Source of the DNA: Heteronotia binoei
Taxonomy: Eukaryota
Reading direction: 5' to 3'
Length of the DNA: 64,000 bases
Assembly (NCBI RefSeq): GCF_032191835.1
Contig: NC_083229.1
Coordinates: 76,632,001-76,696,000 of the forward strand
The notes beneath the pieces are model-generated. The model was not told the origin of the DNA. It searched no databases and worked only from the letters and a program-made list of their open reading frames with translations. Of this stretch, positions 46,800 through 58,399 are shown one piece after another. A program made the translations under genes and the position numbers. Numbering within the stretch: the first letter of the stretch is position 1; each line of letters begins with the position of its first letter.

Positions 46800-47135
46800 T
46801 TTATTTTATTTATTTATTTATTTATTTATTTATTTCATTTATATCCCGCCCTCCCCCACCTTGGCAGGCTCAGGGCGGCTAACAGCAATCCATAAAAACA
46901 CACCATAATAAATAAAACATTAGAATTACATTATAGAACAATAAAACATTAAAACATTAAATTAAAAACCAGTCTAGTAGATACAACTAAATGCTGTAGT
47001 AGATTTTAACTAAATGCTGATAATGTTTAATGTAGTTTTATTCACTTGTATAATTTAACTCTGAACCATGTTGATAGCCGCCCTGAGCCTGCTCCAGCGG
47101 GGAGGGCGGGATACAAATAAAATTTGTTGTTGTTG
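46800..47135. mobile_element. Two L2 3' ends in opposite orientation (about 46800-46995 minus, 46996-47135 plus)
   Basis: ATATCCCGCCCTCCCC..GGCTCAGGGCGGCTAACA on the left; GCCGCCCTGAGCC..GGAGGGCGGGATAC on the right; simple-repeat tails face outward. Confidence 0.75.
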
Positions 47136-47610
47136 TTGTTTGTCTGTGCATGCCTCTGCCCTTCTGTCTGCCATTGGCAGAGTCTCTGACAGCAGGAGGG
47201 TGTGAGAGGATTGATGGCCTCTCCAGTGTGGGCTTTGCACCCCCTCTCCCGGTCACATACAACAGGCTGGCCAATCCTGTGGTCCTGCATGAGCCTGTGA
47301 CTCCCCCACCCCTACCTCAGCAGCGAGTCAATGGTGTGCGCATGGGCAGAATTACCATGGTGACAGGTTCTCTCTCGCTCATTGGGCCCGTGCTCCCCCT
47401 CCACTCGTAGCTTAACGTCTTCCCTTTGGGAGCTGACTGCGTCTGCCTACGCTAATTCTGCATTTGAGTGCAGTTACAGGGCAGTTCTCTGGATTGGACT
47501 GTCCATGGCCTTCTGACATTAATGCTGACTCTGTGAACTTAGGCAGATCATGAGAGGGAAGGCAGGAATGGTTGCATCAATGCTTGGTTCTTGTGGTTCT
47601 TTCTTACCTG

Positions 47611-47815
47611 CCAGGGAAATGTTGACCACCACTTTGGGGTCAAAATGGAAACAATTTCTCTCCAGGTCAGTTTGACCAGGGATTCTGGAGGTTTTTTGCC
47701 ATCTTCTAGGTATGGAACAAAGGTTACTGAGGAGGAGGGAAATATTTGTACATTTCCTGCATTGTGCAAGGGGCTGGATCTTAGAGGTCCTTTCCAACGT
47801 TATGATTCTATGATT
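47611..47815 (+). mobile_element. CR1 3' UTR remnant (long-UTR type)
   Basis: Ends ATTTCCTGCATTGTGCAAGGGGCTGGA..GAGGTCCTTTCCAAC.TTATGATTCTATGATT, like the terminus at 30120-30206. Confidence 0.75.
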
Positions 47816-48006
47816 GTAGTACTTGTGATTTGAGGAAGCATCCAGAATTTTATGCTTGATGGAGCCAGATATAAACTAATAGAAATTTCTATGCTTCATT
47901 TTTTTTTATTAAGATAGGCTCAGAACAAATGGCAGTAGCTACTCTGTTAAAACATTATTATAACTGACAGCGATTTTGGTACTTCATATGATAACTTTCT
48001 ATGCCA

Positions 48007-49282
48007 ATAAGTAAGTAAGTAAGTTAAGTAATTTTTTTATTTATACCCCGCCTTCCTCGCCAAGGCAGGCTCAGGGCGGCTTACAGAACATGATACAAAA
48101 TCATGATATCACAATAACAGATAAAATCAATAACAATATAAATACAAATATAAATTAGTTTTAAAAAGTTAAAACAGTACAGTGGTGCTACAGTCTCTAT
48201 TTATCCGGCAGCGTAATATTTATTCTGGTTACATCTTAAAGGCTTCTTGGAAGAGGGCAGTTTTGCAGGCCCTGCGGAACTGATTGAGGTCCCGCAGGGC
48301 CCGCACCTCCTCCGGCAGCTGATTCCACCATTGGGGGGCTTTTATAGAGAAGGCCAGTTCCCTGGTTGTTTTAAGTTTGGCCTCCTTAGGCCCAGGGATT
48401 TCCAAGAGATTTTGTGAGCTGGAGCGCAGTGCTCTCTGGGGAACATATGGAGAGAGGCGGTCCCTAAGGTAGGCAGGTCCTCGGCCATATAGGGCTTTAT
48501 AGGTGATAACCAGCACCTTGTAACGAACCCGGTATACAATTGGCAGCCAGTGCAGTTCCCACAGCCTAGGCCACACGTGTTCCCACCGAGGTAGTCCCAC
48601 TAGTAGCCTGGCTGCTGCGTTCTGCACTAGCTGCAGTTTCCGCGTTCGGTACAGGGGCAGCCCCATGTAGAGGGCATTACAGTAGTCCAATCTCGAGGTG
48701 ACCGTCGCATGGATCACTGTTGCCAGGTCGCCTCGCTCCAAGAAGGGGGCCAAGTGCCTCGCCTGTCTAAGATGAAAAAAGGCGGATTTGGCAGTGGCCG
48801 CTATCTGGGCCTCCATTATCAAGTAGGACTCCAGTAGCACTCCCAAGCTCCTGACTTCCTGCACTGGTACCAGTGGCATCCCGTCAAAAGCTAGGAGGGG
48901 AATCCCCCCTTCTGGGGTGCTGCGGCCTAGGCAAAGGACCTCTGTCTTCGCTGGATTCAATTTCAACCCGCTCAGCTCGATCCAATCAGCAATGGCTTGC
49001 ATTGCCCGGTCCAGATCTATAGGAGCATCGGTGGCTCAGCCTCCCATCAATAGATAGAGCTGGGTGTCATCAGCATACTGGTGACAACCCAGCCCATGTC
49101 CCCGGGCAATCTGGGCAAGGGGGCGCATAAAGATGTTAAATAGTATTGGAGAGAGAACCGCCCCCTGAGGCACTCCACAATTAAGTGGGTGCCTCTGAGA
49201 CAGCTCTCCCCCAATCGCCACCCTTTGTCCCCGACCTTCAAGGAAAGAGGAAAGCCACTGTAAGGCTAACCCCTGAATCTCT
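48007..49282 (-). mobile_element. 5'-truncated L2 LINE (RT C-terminal part)
   Basis: VPQGAVLSP, YADDTQLY, LKLNPAKTE, SRLDYCN, VQNAAARL; 3' terminal motif at about 48035-48085. Confidence 0.92.
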
Positions 49283-50325
49283 TCCAGTGAAACAGCTTTC
49301 TGGAGAGACAGCCATGTTAGCATGAGAAGTCACAATGGAAGCAAACCAAAGCAGGTTTACTCAAAAATAAGTCTTAATTTATTCAGTAGAAAGTGGTTTT
49401 AGTACTACAGCCTATATGAGGAACCTGAGCCATCGTGGTCACAATACAGCCCTGGTGTGGAACTGCCTCCACATCGCCTGTCTGTCCACAAACTGTTTGC
49501 ACTTCGTAGTGCTTTTCAGTTTCAAACAAACCTTGGTCAAGACACCTTGGTCAAGTGGTCTTCCTTTAAGATTTCAGCTAGGCCTCGACTGAAAAAAAAA
49601 ACCTCCTTTGCAAGGCCTAATTGGAATGGTATGCGGCCTTCAACTATAGTGACAGCACCTGCAGATAGTTGGTACCATTTACCAACTCCCTTACAACCAC
49701 TAATTAAAACATTCCTTACAGATGAAGGTATCTCTGAAGCCTGGTACTCAATGACAAATTTGTTATCACATGACTCCTTGGTCTCCTTGGCAATGGGGAG
49801 GGAGAGCACATTCCCCCATAGACTCTGATTGATTCCTAAGGACCTAGGAGGAATCAGACTCTATGCTATAAGATATGCCATATCTTTCTCAGAGGTTAGG
49901 CTCCTTGCTCTTTGACACTCTGTCAACATGTTAGAGTAAGCTTACAGCTCTCACCCCATGCAGGTTACTCAGCCTCTGGCAATTTACAATGTCAGTGCCG
50001 CTTAGCAGCTCTCATGCTGCACCTGGCTGAAGGCTTTGCCTATCTTGTGAAGTGTCCTACTTGCTTGCTTGGAACCTTGGTAACTATATGTCTATGTTTT
50101 AGCTAGTCTGGAAAAGAATAAATAGCCTTTTTTATTTTATCTTTCTTTCATGGTTGCTATCTTTAAATATATATTTTCATTTAAATCATTTATTTTATTA
50201 ACTTTGCATAGAATCTTGTCTCTCTGGTCTCAAAGCTTAAGTTCAGAAAGCCTTGGCTTGCTTGCCTGTATTAAAGCTACATTTGAGACTCAGTGTTGCA
50301 AGACTACCTTGCAGGGTTGATTGTT

Positions 50326-50568
50326 AGAGCCAGTTTGGTGTAGTGGTTGACTCTTATCTGGGAGAACCAGGTTTGATTCCCCACTCCTCCACTTGCACCT
50401 GCTGGAATGGCCTTGGGTCAGCCATAGCTCTGGCAGAGGTTGTCCTTGAAAGGGCAGCTGCTGTAAGAGCCCTCTCAGCCCCACCCACCTCACAGGGGGT
50501 CTGTTGTGGGGGGAGGAGATTGTAAGCCACTCTGAGGGTGGGGTATAAATCTGCAATTCTTCTTCTTA
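50326..50568 (+). mobile_element. Squam3-like (MIR/Ther1-derived) SINE with small internal deletions
   Basis: AGCCAGTTTGGTGTAGTGGTT (A box), GGTTTGATTCCCC (B box), (TTC)n tail; matches 61479-61723. Confidence 0.85.
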
Positions 50569-51769
50569 GAATAACTTCCTGGAAAAGGCTCAAGGGTTGG
50601 CTCTGCCTTTGAGTACTTGGGAATAGTCTCAGAGCCTGTTGGCAGTTTACTGTTTTACCCTACAGAGAAGGCATAGCCTCCTTGCAGGACTTTGATCAAT
50701 TGTTTTGCTGTAACCCAGAGTGCTCCCTTCCCTGAGCTTGTGAAGGTGGTAACCAGTACACACTTCATTTGAGTTTTCTTCTGATAAAATAAAAGCCATA
50801 GCAAGACTTATGCAACTGAATAACTGCAGTGGTTTGGACTATGAGCTATAAGTATTTGTCACCATTTCAGATAATTCCTAGATCAATAATAGCAAAACAT
50901 TTAGCACTGTACTTCCTGTATCTTTTAATTGCAAGGAAGCCTGCTGAAATTCATTCTTCTATTCAACTGTTAAAGGTACGGGAGCCAAATGTTAAGAGTT
51001 TGTTGTGTACCTATGCAATGGAAGCATTGGGTGTGGTGTGGCACTGCCAAACCAACTCAAACTCATAACATTTACCATCTGTTTGGTCAAGGAAGGGCAA
51101 GTCAGTGTCAATTCATTCAAAATGCACTACAAACTATTTGACTCTATATAGGCACAGTAGGTGTGCAGATCCCACCCCTCTCCCACAAGAACATTGTTCT
51201 TGGCAGCCAATTATATAAACAGTGAACAAATCAGTCAGCAAGCCCACAATTTTAAATAAACCCTATGTTGTTATTTTTTAAGTTGTAGTTGTTTTAGTCT
51301 GTATTTTCAAAGTTATTTCATGCACAAGTATTTCCACACAGTCTTATGGCAGCAGTAGCCTTACATCATTTAGTTATCTGACCTGGCCATCCATGATCCC
51401 AGGGAAGAGTCAATTTCACCTGCTTCACACATGCAAATGCACCCATAACACACAAGGAGATGATGTTCAACTACCACAAGTACTGTGTAGTCACAAAACG
51501 TTCAGCAGTTGTTTGAGTTGAATGGAGGTAAGGTGAGCAGATCCAAAGTTTGGCTTGTGAGTGATCTGCAATATTCCACTATAGATATGACTAAGGTGTG
51601 GATCACTGTGGCTAGATTGGACTGATCCAGAAGTGGCCACAACTGGTGCACCAGTCAAAGTTGGGTAAAAGCACTCTGAACTACAGAAGTCACCCAATTT
51701 TCTAATGTAATCACTGTGTTGAGCTCCCAAACTGCTAATCTGACTTTTCAAGTGAAGTGTAACCCATAC

Positions 51770-51990
51770 AAGACAGGGCAGATCTCAACTTGCTGGTCTG
51801 CCTTTCTACTAACCTAGAGCACCCCTATCTGTTCAGGATTAACTTTCAGCTTGTTCACCCTCATTCAACTCATCTCTGACTTCAAGCATCAGTTTAAACA
51901 TCAACAACTTCCTCAGAATTAGGTGGAAAGGAAAGATAGAGCTGGGCATCATCTGCCTACTGGTGACACTGCAGACCAAACCTCCTGATT
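51770..51990 (-). mobile_element. Old L2-type RT fragment
   Basis: Minus-strand QCHQ*ADDAQLYLS motif. Confidence 0.6.
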
Positions 51991-52432
51991 AATATCCCCC
52001 CTCCCCCTAAAAAAATGGGATAAAGAAGCAATAAAACATGAAGGGGAAGTATAAATTCATCAATAACTTTCAAATATTATATACAGTTACATATAAGTAA
52101 ACTCAAGTAAATTGAGTAAAAATGCGTATCTCATGTGAGAGCAGATAGTAAAACATTGTTATTACAGTATTTTGAGTTGAATTATCTCTAACAGACCAAG
52201 CCTTCTGATTTATTGCCATACACAGTATTCTCCTAGCTTTCCTGAGTGAGTTCTACATTTTGAAGCTCCTAGAAACTCCTATCCACTGTGTTCTATAAGG
52301 ATGTGTCTCAAAATTGCAAAAATCACCACAGCAACCACCATTTCTTTTATATGTGATCATCTTCTTCAAGGGTTCTCAAACTGAGAGGCACTATCCACAA
52401 AACCTTGATGCTGTGCAACTTTCACTGTGAGC

Positions 52433-53278
52433 CAGGCCCGTAGCCATGAGGGGGCCTCACGGGGCACAGCCCCCTGACCTGTTTGCAAGCCCCTCTGACT
52501 TACAAGCCTTACCCAGCCCCCCCAACTTGCCCCCCGACTTCTTTGCCACTGCCTGGTTCCGTAGCTCCAGGCGCGTTGCCTCGTGCTGCCAGCAGAGGCC
52601 AGGCAGGCTCTGAGTGAGCCGCAGAGTCTCCCACCCCCAGGGTGTGTGCATGTGTGTGGCCTCTGCCCTCCCAATTTGCTCCTGGCTGGGCTTCCCCCTA
52701 TGCCTGCAGCACATCTAAGGCACAGAAGCCTTAGAAGATCCTGCAAATAGAATAATAGAATCATAGAGTTGGAAGGGACTTCCAAAGTCATCTAGTCCAA
52801 CCTCCAGCAACAGAAACAGTCAGGGCCCTTTAACTCGCGCCGGGTGCTTGGGGTTGCTTCTGCCACCTGCTGGAATTGGCGGGGAAGAGAGGGCAGCGGC
52901 AAAAGCAGCAGGGAGAGCTGCATTCTCTGCTGGCCTTCCTTCCTTGCTGCTAAAATAGCATTCAGGGCAGCCCCCAGATGATCTGCAGGCCCTTTAACTA
53001 GCGCGGGGGGCGGGGGCTGGGGGCTGCTTCTGGCCCCATGTGGTATTTTAGTGGCAGTAAGGGAGAGAAGGTGAGAGCAGCTCTTCCCTACCACTAAAAT
53101 AGTGATGGAGGCTGGAGGCAGAAGCAGCCCCCAGCCTTCAGAGGGTGGCGGCCAGAGCAGCAGGGAGAGAGGGTGGAAGGAGTGAGGAGAGGGAAGGTTG
53201 TGTGGGGCACTGGGGATGTGACTGCCCCCCGAAAAATTTAAATGCCCCCTGACCGTCCAAATCCTGGCTACGGCCCTG
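52433..53278. mobile_element. Non-autonomous hAT-type transposon with a nested CR1 3' end (about 52748-52806)
   Basis: TIRs CAGG(C/G)CCGTAGCCA; perfect 8-bp TSD CTGTGAGC at 52425-52432 and 53279-53286. Confidence 0.88.
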
Positions 53279-55407
53279 CTGTGAGCCTCCCATGCTCTAC
53301 AGTGCATGCCAGATGAACTGCCTGGATCAATGACAGCCTTTGAATGTGACCAGAAAGCAAATGTGGAACCACCTCAAAGTCAACAAATGCAAACTACAAA
53401 CGCAACAGCTGAGATCCCTAAACATAAAAGAGGACTATTGAATCTACTGCTTGTGATTTCAGGAGTAGTTACATTTGCCACTCGGGCTGTGGTCAGATGC
53501 ACCATTTAACCCATCGGCGAGGTGCTCCTGTTTTTGTCTGCCCTTACTTGAAATGCAGTTGCCTGAACAGACATCCTGACCATAATCCACCTTGCCGAGT
53601 GCCTGTCCTGTAACTGACCAATCAGACAGCTTGATCTTTGTTCATGCACATAAACAATGCTGCTGATTGGCTCACCCACATAGGGACTATTTTCTAGGAG
53701 CGTGGACTAAACAATGATTGTGTTACTCACAAATCTCAGCCTAAAAACCCCCTCAAAACAAGTGTTTGCAGTTGCTCAGACTATGTCTCTTGCAGTGCTT
53801 GAGGCATCTATAGGCTCCAGCCACCTTTTGCTGACTATGTGGTTAAGCGTGTATCGCTAACATTGAAAAAATGGTGCTGAACCAGGATTAATGGGGATGG
53901 AAGTTGTGATGGCTTGATGACGCTGGAGCTATCAGACAGGGAAAATCCATTCATAGCTTGTCATCAAGTGTTTAGGACTGGACTTTACACACTGTCAAAT
54001 AAGTTTGGAACTGTGTTGGGTCAGGACGGTTTGCCCACAAGTCACAGACCATTCCCGATGTTGCTGTCTGGATGTGCACTTTAAATCCAACAGGCATCCA
54101 TGGCTATGTCAGATATAAATGCACATCCGACCGCAGCCTTGCACTGATGAATAGTGCCACAGCTCGAGAATCATACAGCCTCTCTTCTTGCTCAAAAATA
54201 ATACATACAAAGCCTCTGTTAACTGAGGAATCAGAGACCCTTGAATTTCTCCTAATCTGAACAATCTTCCCAGGTGTGTGACTAATGCAAGGTGGAGACA
54301 GACAGTGTTAGAGTTGAAACACAGGAATGTATACTATCCAAATATATGTAGTTAAAGAGATACTTTTATCCCCAAGATTTATTCCCACTCATAATCAGAA
54401 ACAACTTTCAGTCTCGTTGGCTTAAGTTTGTTCAGAACTTGGTTTGTTCAGAAATTGGTTTGTTCAGAAATTGGTTTCTTTCCTCATGCTTTCCTGTCCT
54501 GTGGCTACAATCAGGCAAAAAGATTAGTTAAACAGAGGACTGAGGACATAGAATGCCAAACTGATATTGCCAGTCTACAAAACATGTATGTGTGGTTAAA
54601 CTTTCAAAATATTGTGACATCTTTAGAAATAAATAGACATCTTATTTGATATCTTTAGAAATAAATGGATTCAGAAAGGCATTTACCCTGGCAAGGTGCC
54701 TAGCCCTCCTTTCTGCAGTATTGGAAGGCAGATATAACAAAACGTGGAAAGACTCTGCTCCTGTCTGCTAAGAGAGGTTAAAACCACTAAGCACATTTTT
54801 AGCTGCCTGTTTTATAAGGAAGCACGTGATGAGATTATTATTCTGTTGTTTGATAGAATCTCTTGTTTCACTTAAAAAGTTAGACTTGATTATTTTCTAT
54901 CAGATAAGAATGCTAAGATTACTCATCAAGTAGCCAGATTCTATTTGGTAATTTTTAGGTCTTGGAAATTGTATTGTAATTAGATCTTAATTTTAAATTG
55001 TTTTATCTAGTTGTTTATGCCTTGAATTTTTTACATGTAAAAATGTATTTCTCTTTTATAATAGTGTATCAGAATAATGTTTTATATTGACATACTCAAA
55101 TAAGGGATATTGACTATTTATCTCATTACATATACTTAACCCATTTTCATTTTATGTATTCTTGTTTTCTAATGGCAGACTAGAATGATGTTTATAATGT
55201 ATAGATTGATGTTGATAAGTAAATTAGGTGGTCTACAACTAGGAAATACATGTCCTTTTGTGATTTACCTAGATTTGCAGAAACACCAACTGGCAGGAAA
55301 CTTGATTACCTTTTATGGCTATCCAGACCAAATGGGCAAGCCACACTGTTTTACCATGTGATCACAGTCAGTTTGCCCTCTTAATCAACAAACTGCATGT
55401 ATTTCAG

Positions 55408-55510
55408 CCCACTATACCCGATCCCCCCTCGTCTGATGAAGTGTGCTTAGAGAGCACATGAAAGCTTATGTTCTGAATAAAAACTTGGTTGGTTTTAAAG
55501 GTGAGACTTG
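55408..55510 (+). mobile_element. Penelope-like terminal repeat remnant carrying a minimal hammerhead motif
   Basis: CTGATGA-A-GTGTGC-ttagaga-GCACAT-GAAA-GCTT, followed by AATAAAACTTGGTTGG..TAAAGGTG. Confidence 0.7.
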
Positions 55511-56538
55511 CTTTGTTCAATTGATTGGTCAAATGACTAATAATTTTTTTACATGTAAATGTGTTATATCGATTGGTCAAATGCCTGTAATAAAGACTGA
55601 TTGAATGACTGAAGCATCTTTTGTCTGAACCTCCTCAAATAAACCTCATTCATTCTTCATACTGCAACTGTAGCTTGTATAGTTCAAGAATGCGTAACAC
55701 TCACTTCTTAACAAGCCCGGCCTTTGTTACTGTTTGTTACTTCATGCCTTTGTTACTCTTGCTGATGCTTAGGAGGCAGTGAGACTTACAGCATTTACTG
55801 CCCAAAACACAAGCAGATTCAATAAACCATAGCTGTGGGAACTCAATGCATATGTTTTTAATATTTCCTTGGAAACTCATTAGAGTTAATCTTGGCCATA
55901 TACAACAAGAACATTTCTTACATATTCCTGTTTCATAAGACTGTATTAATTATGTCTGAAGTTCTGAAGAGTTGTCATATTATGGAAGTGGGTTGCAATT
56001 GCAATTTTTTTTTAACACATGACATTCCAGTAATGCTAAAATCTGCACTTTCAGTTTTGGAATTAATATTAACTAAATGTAGGATACATATGCCTACTGT
56101 TACTCAGGTGTGAGTCCACTGCTCTTGTTTTATGATTGAGTTCCCCAACCATTCAGCCTCTGTATAGTATGAATATTTCAGCAGTGCAAGGTCATTTCCA
56201 CACAAGTTATCTGCCCCAAGTTAAATGCTTTTGGGAAGTGGGTTTTTTATCCTGATTCCTGACAGCATCCTGGTGTATTTGTGCAATTTTAGGGATTCCC
56301 ATGGTTTTTCCTCTAATATTTCCAAATCTGCTTTAGCCCAAAGTGTTGGGAAATATCTCAGTAAAGTCAAAACAGCTACTGTGTGGGTGGAAAAAATCAG
56401 TTTTTCCAGCCCACATGGCAACTGCTTTTTCTTACTCTGTCCTCATGGCAGCCATCTCCTTCCCTTGCACTGGGGAGCATTTTGTTTTTAAAGAAATCAA
56501 TATACTATTGTATCAATAGGTGTAGCAGGTTCTCTAAA

Positions 56539-56945
56539 TTGCCCCCCCAGTCGGAATGAAGACGCAGACACAAGTGTTGGGTTTTAAACCGGGCCGCTTT
56601 ATTAAACCATTAATTAACTGTAACTGGCAGGGGGGGGTGAAAACCTGAACCAGACAAGCCCTGGGGTCAACACCTGGACCCCGCCTTGTCCAAAGGGCGA
56701 GCCACCCTGCCCCCAGCACAAGCCCGCCGTATTCGGGTTGTAGCTGAGCGGCCAGGCCTCCAGCCATCACCATCTGGGCTGGCATCAATCCCCATGGAAA
56801 GATCCACCCAGGTGAGGCTCCCTGTGATCTGCATTCCCCGCACTGAGCCGTGTAGCCCATCTACGGTTCCTGCAGACCACCGCACCAACGGTGCTAGGCC
56901 ATAGGTGCTCCCCTGGAAAACCCTGTGGCCAAACCTCCTCCAGCC
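56539..56945 (-). repeat. Ngaro repeat B2 (copy B1 at 57298-57703)
   Basis: About 3 substitutions and 1 G-run indel between copies; AATAAA on minus at 56603-56598. Confidence 0.95.
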
Positions 56946-56984
56946 TGCGACCATAGCAAATACCACTAAAATCCTAACCTAGTA

Positions 56985-57095
56985 GGCAGTACAAGGTAGG
57001 CGAAAAAAACACCCCCACATGGGCCAATTGTGTGGAAGTGAAAAAAAATTCCTACCTGGCCCCTAATAAGGCGACCAGCATACGCCTGTACTGCC
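56985..57095 (-). ncRNA. Putative structured cis-RNA element, ENE-like U-rich internal loop
   Basis: GGCAGUACA/UGUACUGCC closing stem; CUGGUCGCC/GGGGCCAG hairpin; AGGUAGG/CCUACCU lower stem; U8 and U7 loop strands; CACUUCCACA/UGUGGGGGUG upper stem. Manual fold only. Confidence 0.6.
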
Positions 57096-57116
57096 AAAAG
57101 GGAAGGGTGGGCGGGC

Positions 57117-57299
57117 AGAGAGCCAAAAGGAACTGCGTGCTGAGGGGGCGGGGGCCAAGGCTTATATAGCCCCGACTCCACGCCCCAGCAAACACCCGTA
57201 TATCGGGTGATTCTGCATCTCCCTCCTTCCGGAGGGGGCAAAGACGGCCCCCAGCCTGAACGCCGGCAAGCCGGCTTGGCTGGGGAGGGGCCGGACCTT
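57117..57299 (-). repeat. Ngaro repeat A2 (copy A1 at 62120-62302), contains a TATA box
   Basis: 183-bp copies with about 4 differences; minus-strand GGGGCTATATAAGCC. Confidence 0.95.
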
Positions 57300-57799
57300 G
57301 CCCCCCCAGTCGGAATGAAGACGCAGACACAAGTGTTGGGTTTTAAACCGGGCCGCTTTATTAAACCATTAATTAACTGTAACTGGCAGGGGGGGTGAAA
57401 ACCTGAACCAGACAAGCCCTGGGGTCAACACCTGGACCCCGCCTTGTCCAAAGGGCGAGCCACCCTGCCCCCAGCACAAGCCCGCCGTATTCGGGTTGTA
57501 GCTGAGTGGCCAGGCCTCCAGCCATCACCATCTGGGCTGGCATCAATCCCCATGGAAAGATCCACCCAGGTGAGGCTCCCTGTGATCTGCATTCCCCGCA
57601 CTGAGCCGTGTAGCCCATCTACGGTTCCTGCAGACCACAGCACCAACGGTGCTAGGCCATAGGTGCTCCCCTGGAAAACCCTGTGGCCAAACCTCTTCCA
57701 GCCACCGCCAATGCCAAGCCTCTGCTTAGGCATTAGCGCCCCACCGGGTGGCCCAGAGCCAACCGAACCCCCCGCCGTAGCTAATCTAAACAGGCCCGG

Positions 57800-58330
57800 T
57801 TGCCCAACTCAGGGGGAAAAAAAAAAAAAAGAACACCATCTGGCCGATGCGGGTCAGCCTGTTCGACCCGTATGGTCGGATGCGGGAAAAGGATTCCTTA
57901 CATAGCTTACTGAATGGCGCTATTGACCTTGCGCCTGGCACGCTCAACACCACCGGCGAAATGGCATGCCTCCCCACCCTGCGCGGCAAGATTGCCGACT
58001 AGCCAAAATAACCCCAGGCCACCTCTGCTGAATTTCACGGAGGTAAGCCAACGCCTGCTGGGAGAAAGCTTTCCCACACAGCAACACCAAGTCGTTCCCT
58101 CCTAAGAACGACAAGACTGTGTGGAGGTGGTGCCTTCAGCTCCCTGAACAGCAGGGGTATGATCCCGGGCCAGCGCAGCCCCCGACGACCCAGCCAATCC
58201 ACGGCAGCCCCTGCACGGAGGCCGAGCTGGGTGCCCACTGGAGACCGTCTGGCGCAAAGGGGCAGCCCAGAAAACCATGCTGTGCCCACAGATGAGAATG
58301 CAACGTCTCTCACCACGAGCCCCAGCACCT
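57800..58330 (-). pseudogene. SGNH hydrolase-like ORF remnant of the Ngaro element
   Basis: ILICGHSMVFWA, QLGL...WLGRRGLRW, LGGNDL, PHP.I.....RPDGV across frameshifts. Confidence 0.75.
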
Positions 58331-58399
58331 GAAAAGACAAACAACTGTCATCATATAATAACAACAATACAACCCAAGGAGCCCACCACCTACCCATTA

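Noticed and set aside
49457-49860. ORFs of 123 aa (+) and 90 aa (-) as a host exon or LINE fragment
   Set aside because: Only vague resemblance to LINE motifs; no convincing splice context.
54425-54480. Three 17-bp direct repeats (TTTGTTCAGAAATTGG) as a CRISPR-like array
   Set aside because: No spacers, eukaryotic DNA; a simple tandem duplication.
57810-57900. Second U-rich hairpin in the Ngaro element (A15 run) as another ENE
   Set aside because: It lies in the hydrolase coding remnant (PHP.I...RPDGV); the run looks like a homopolymer expansion and the flanking stems are weak.
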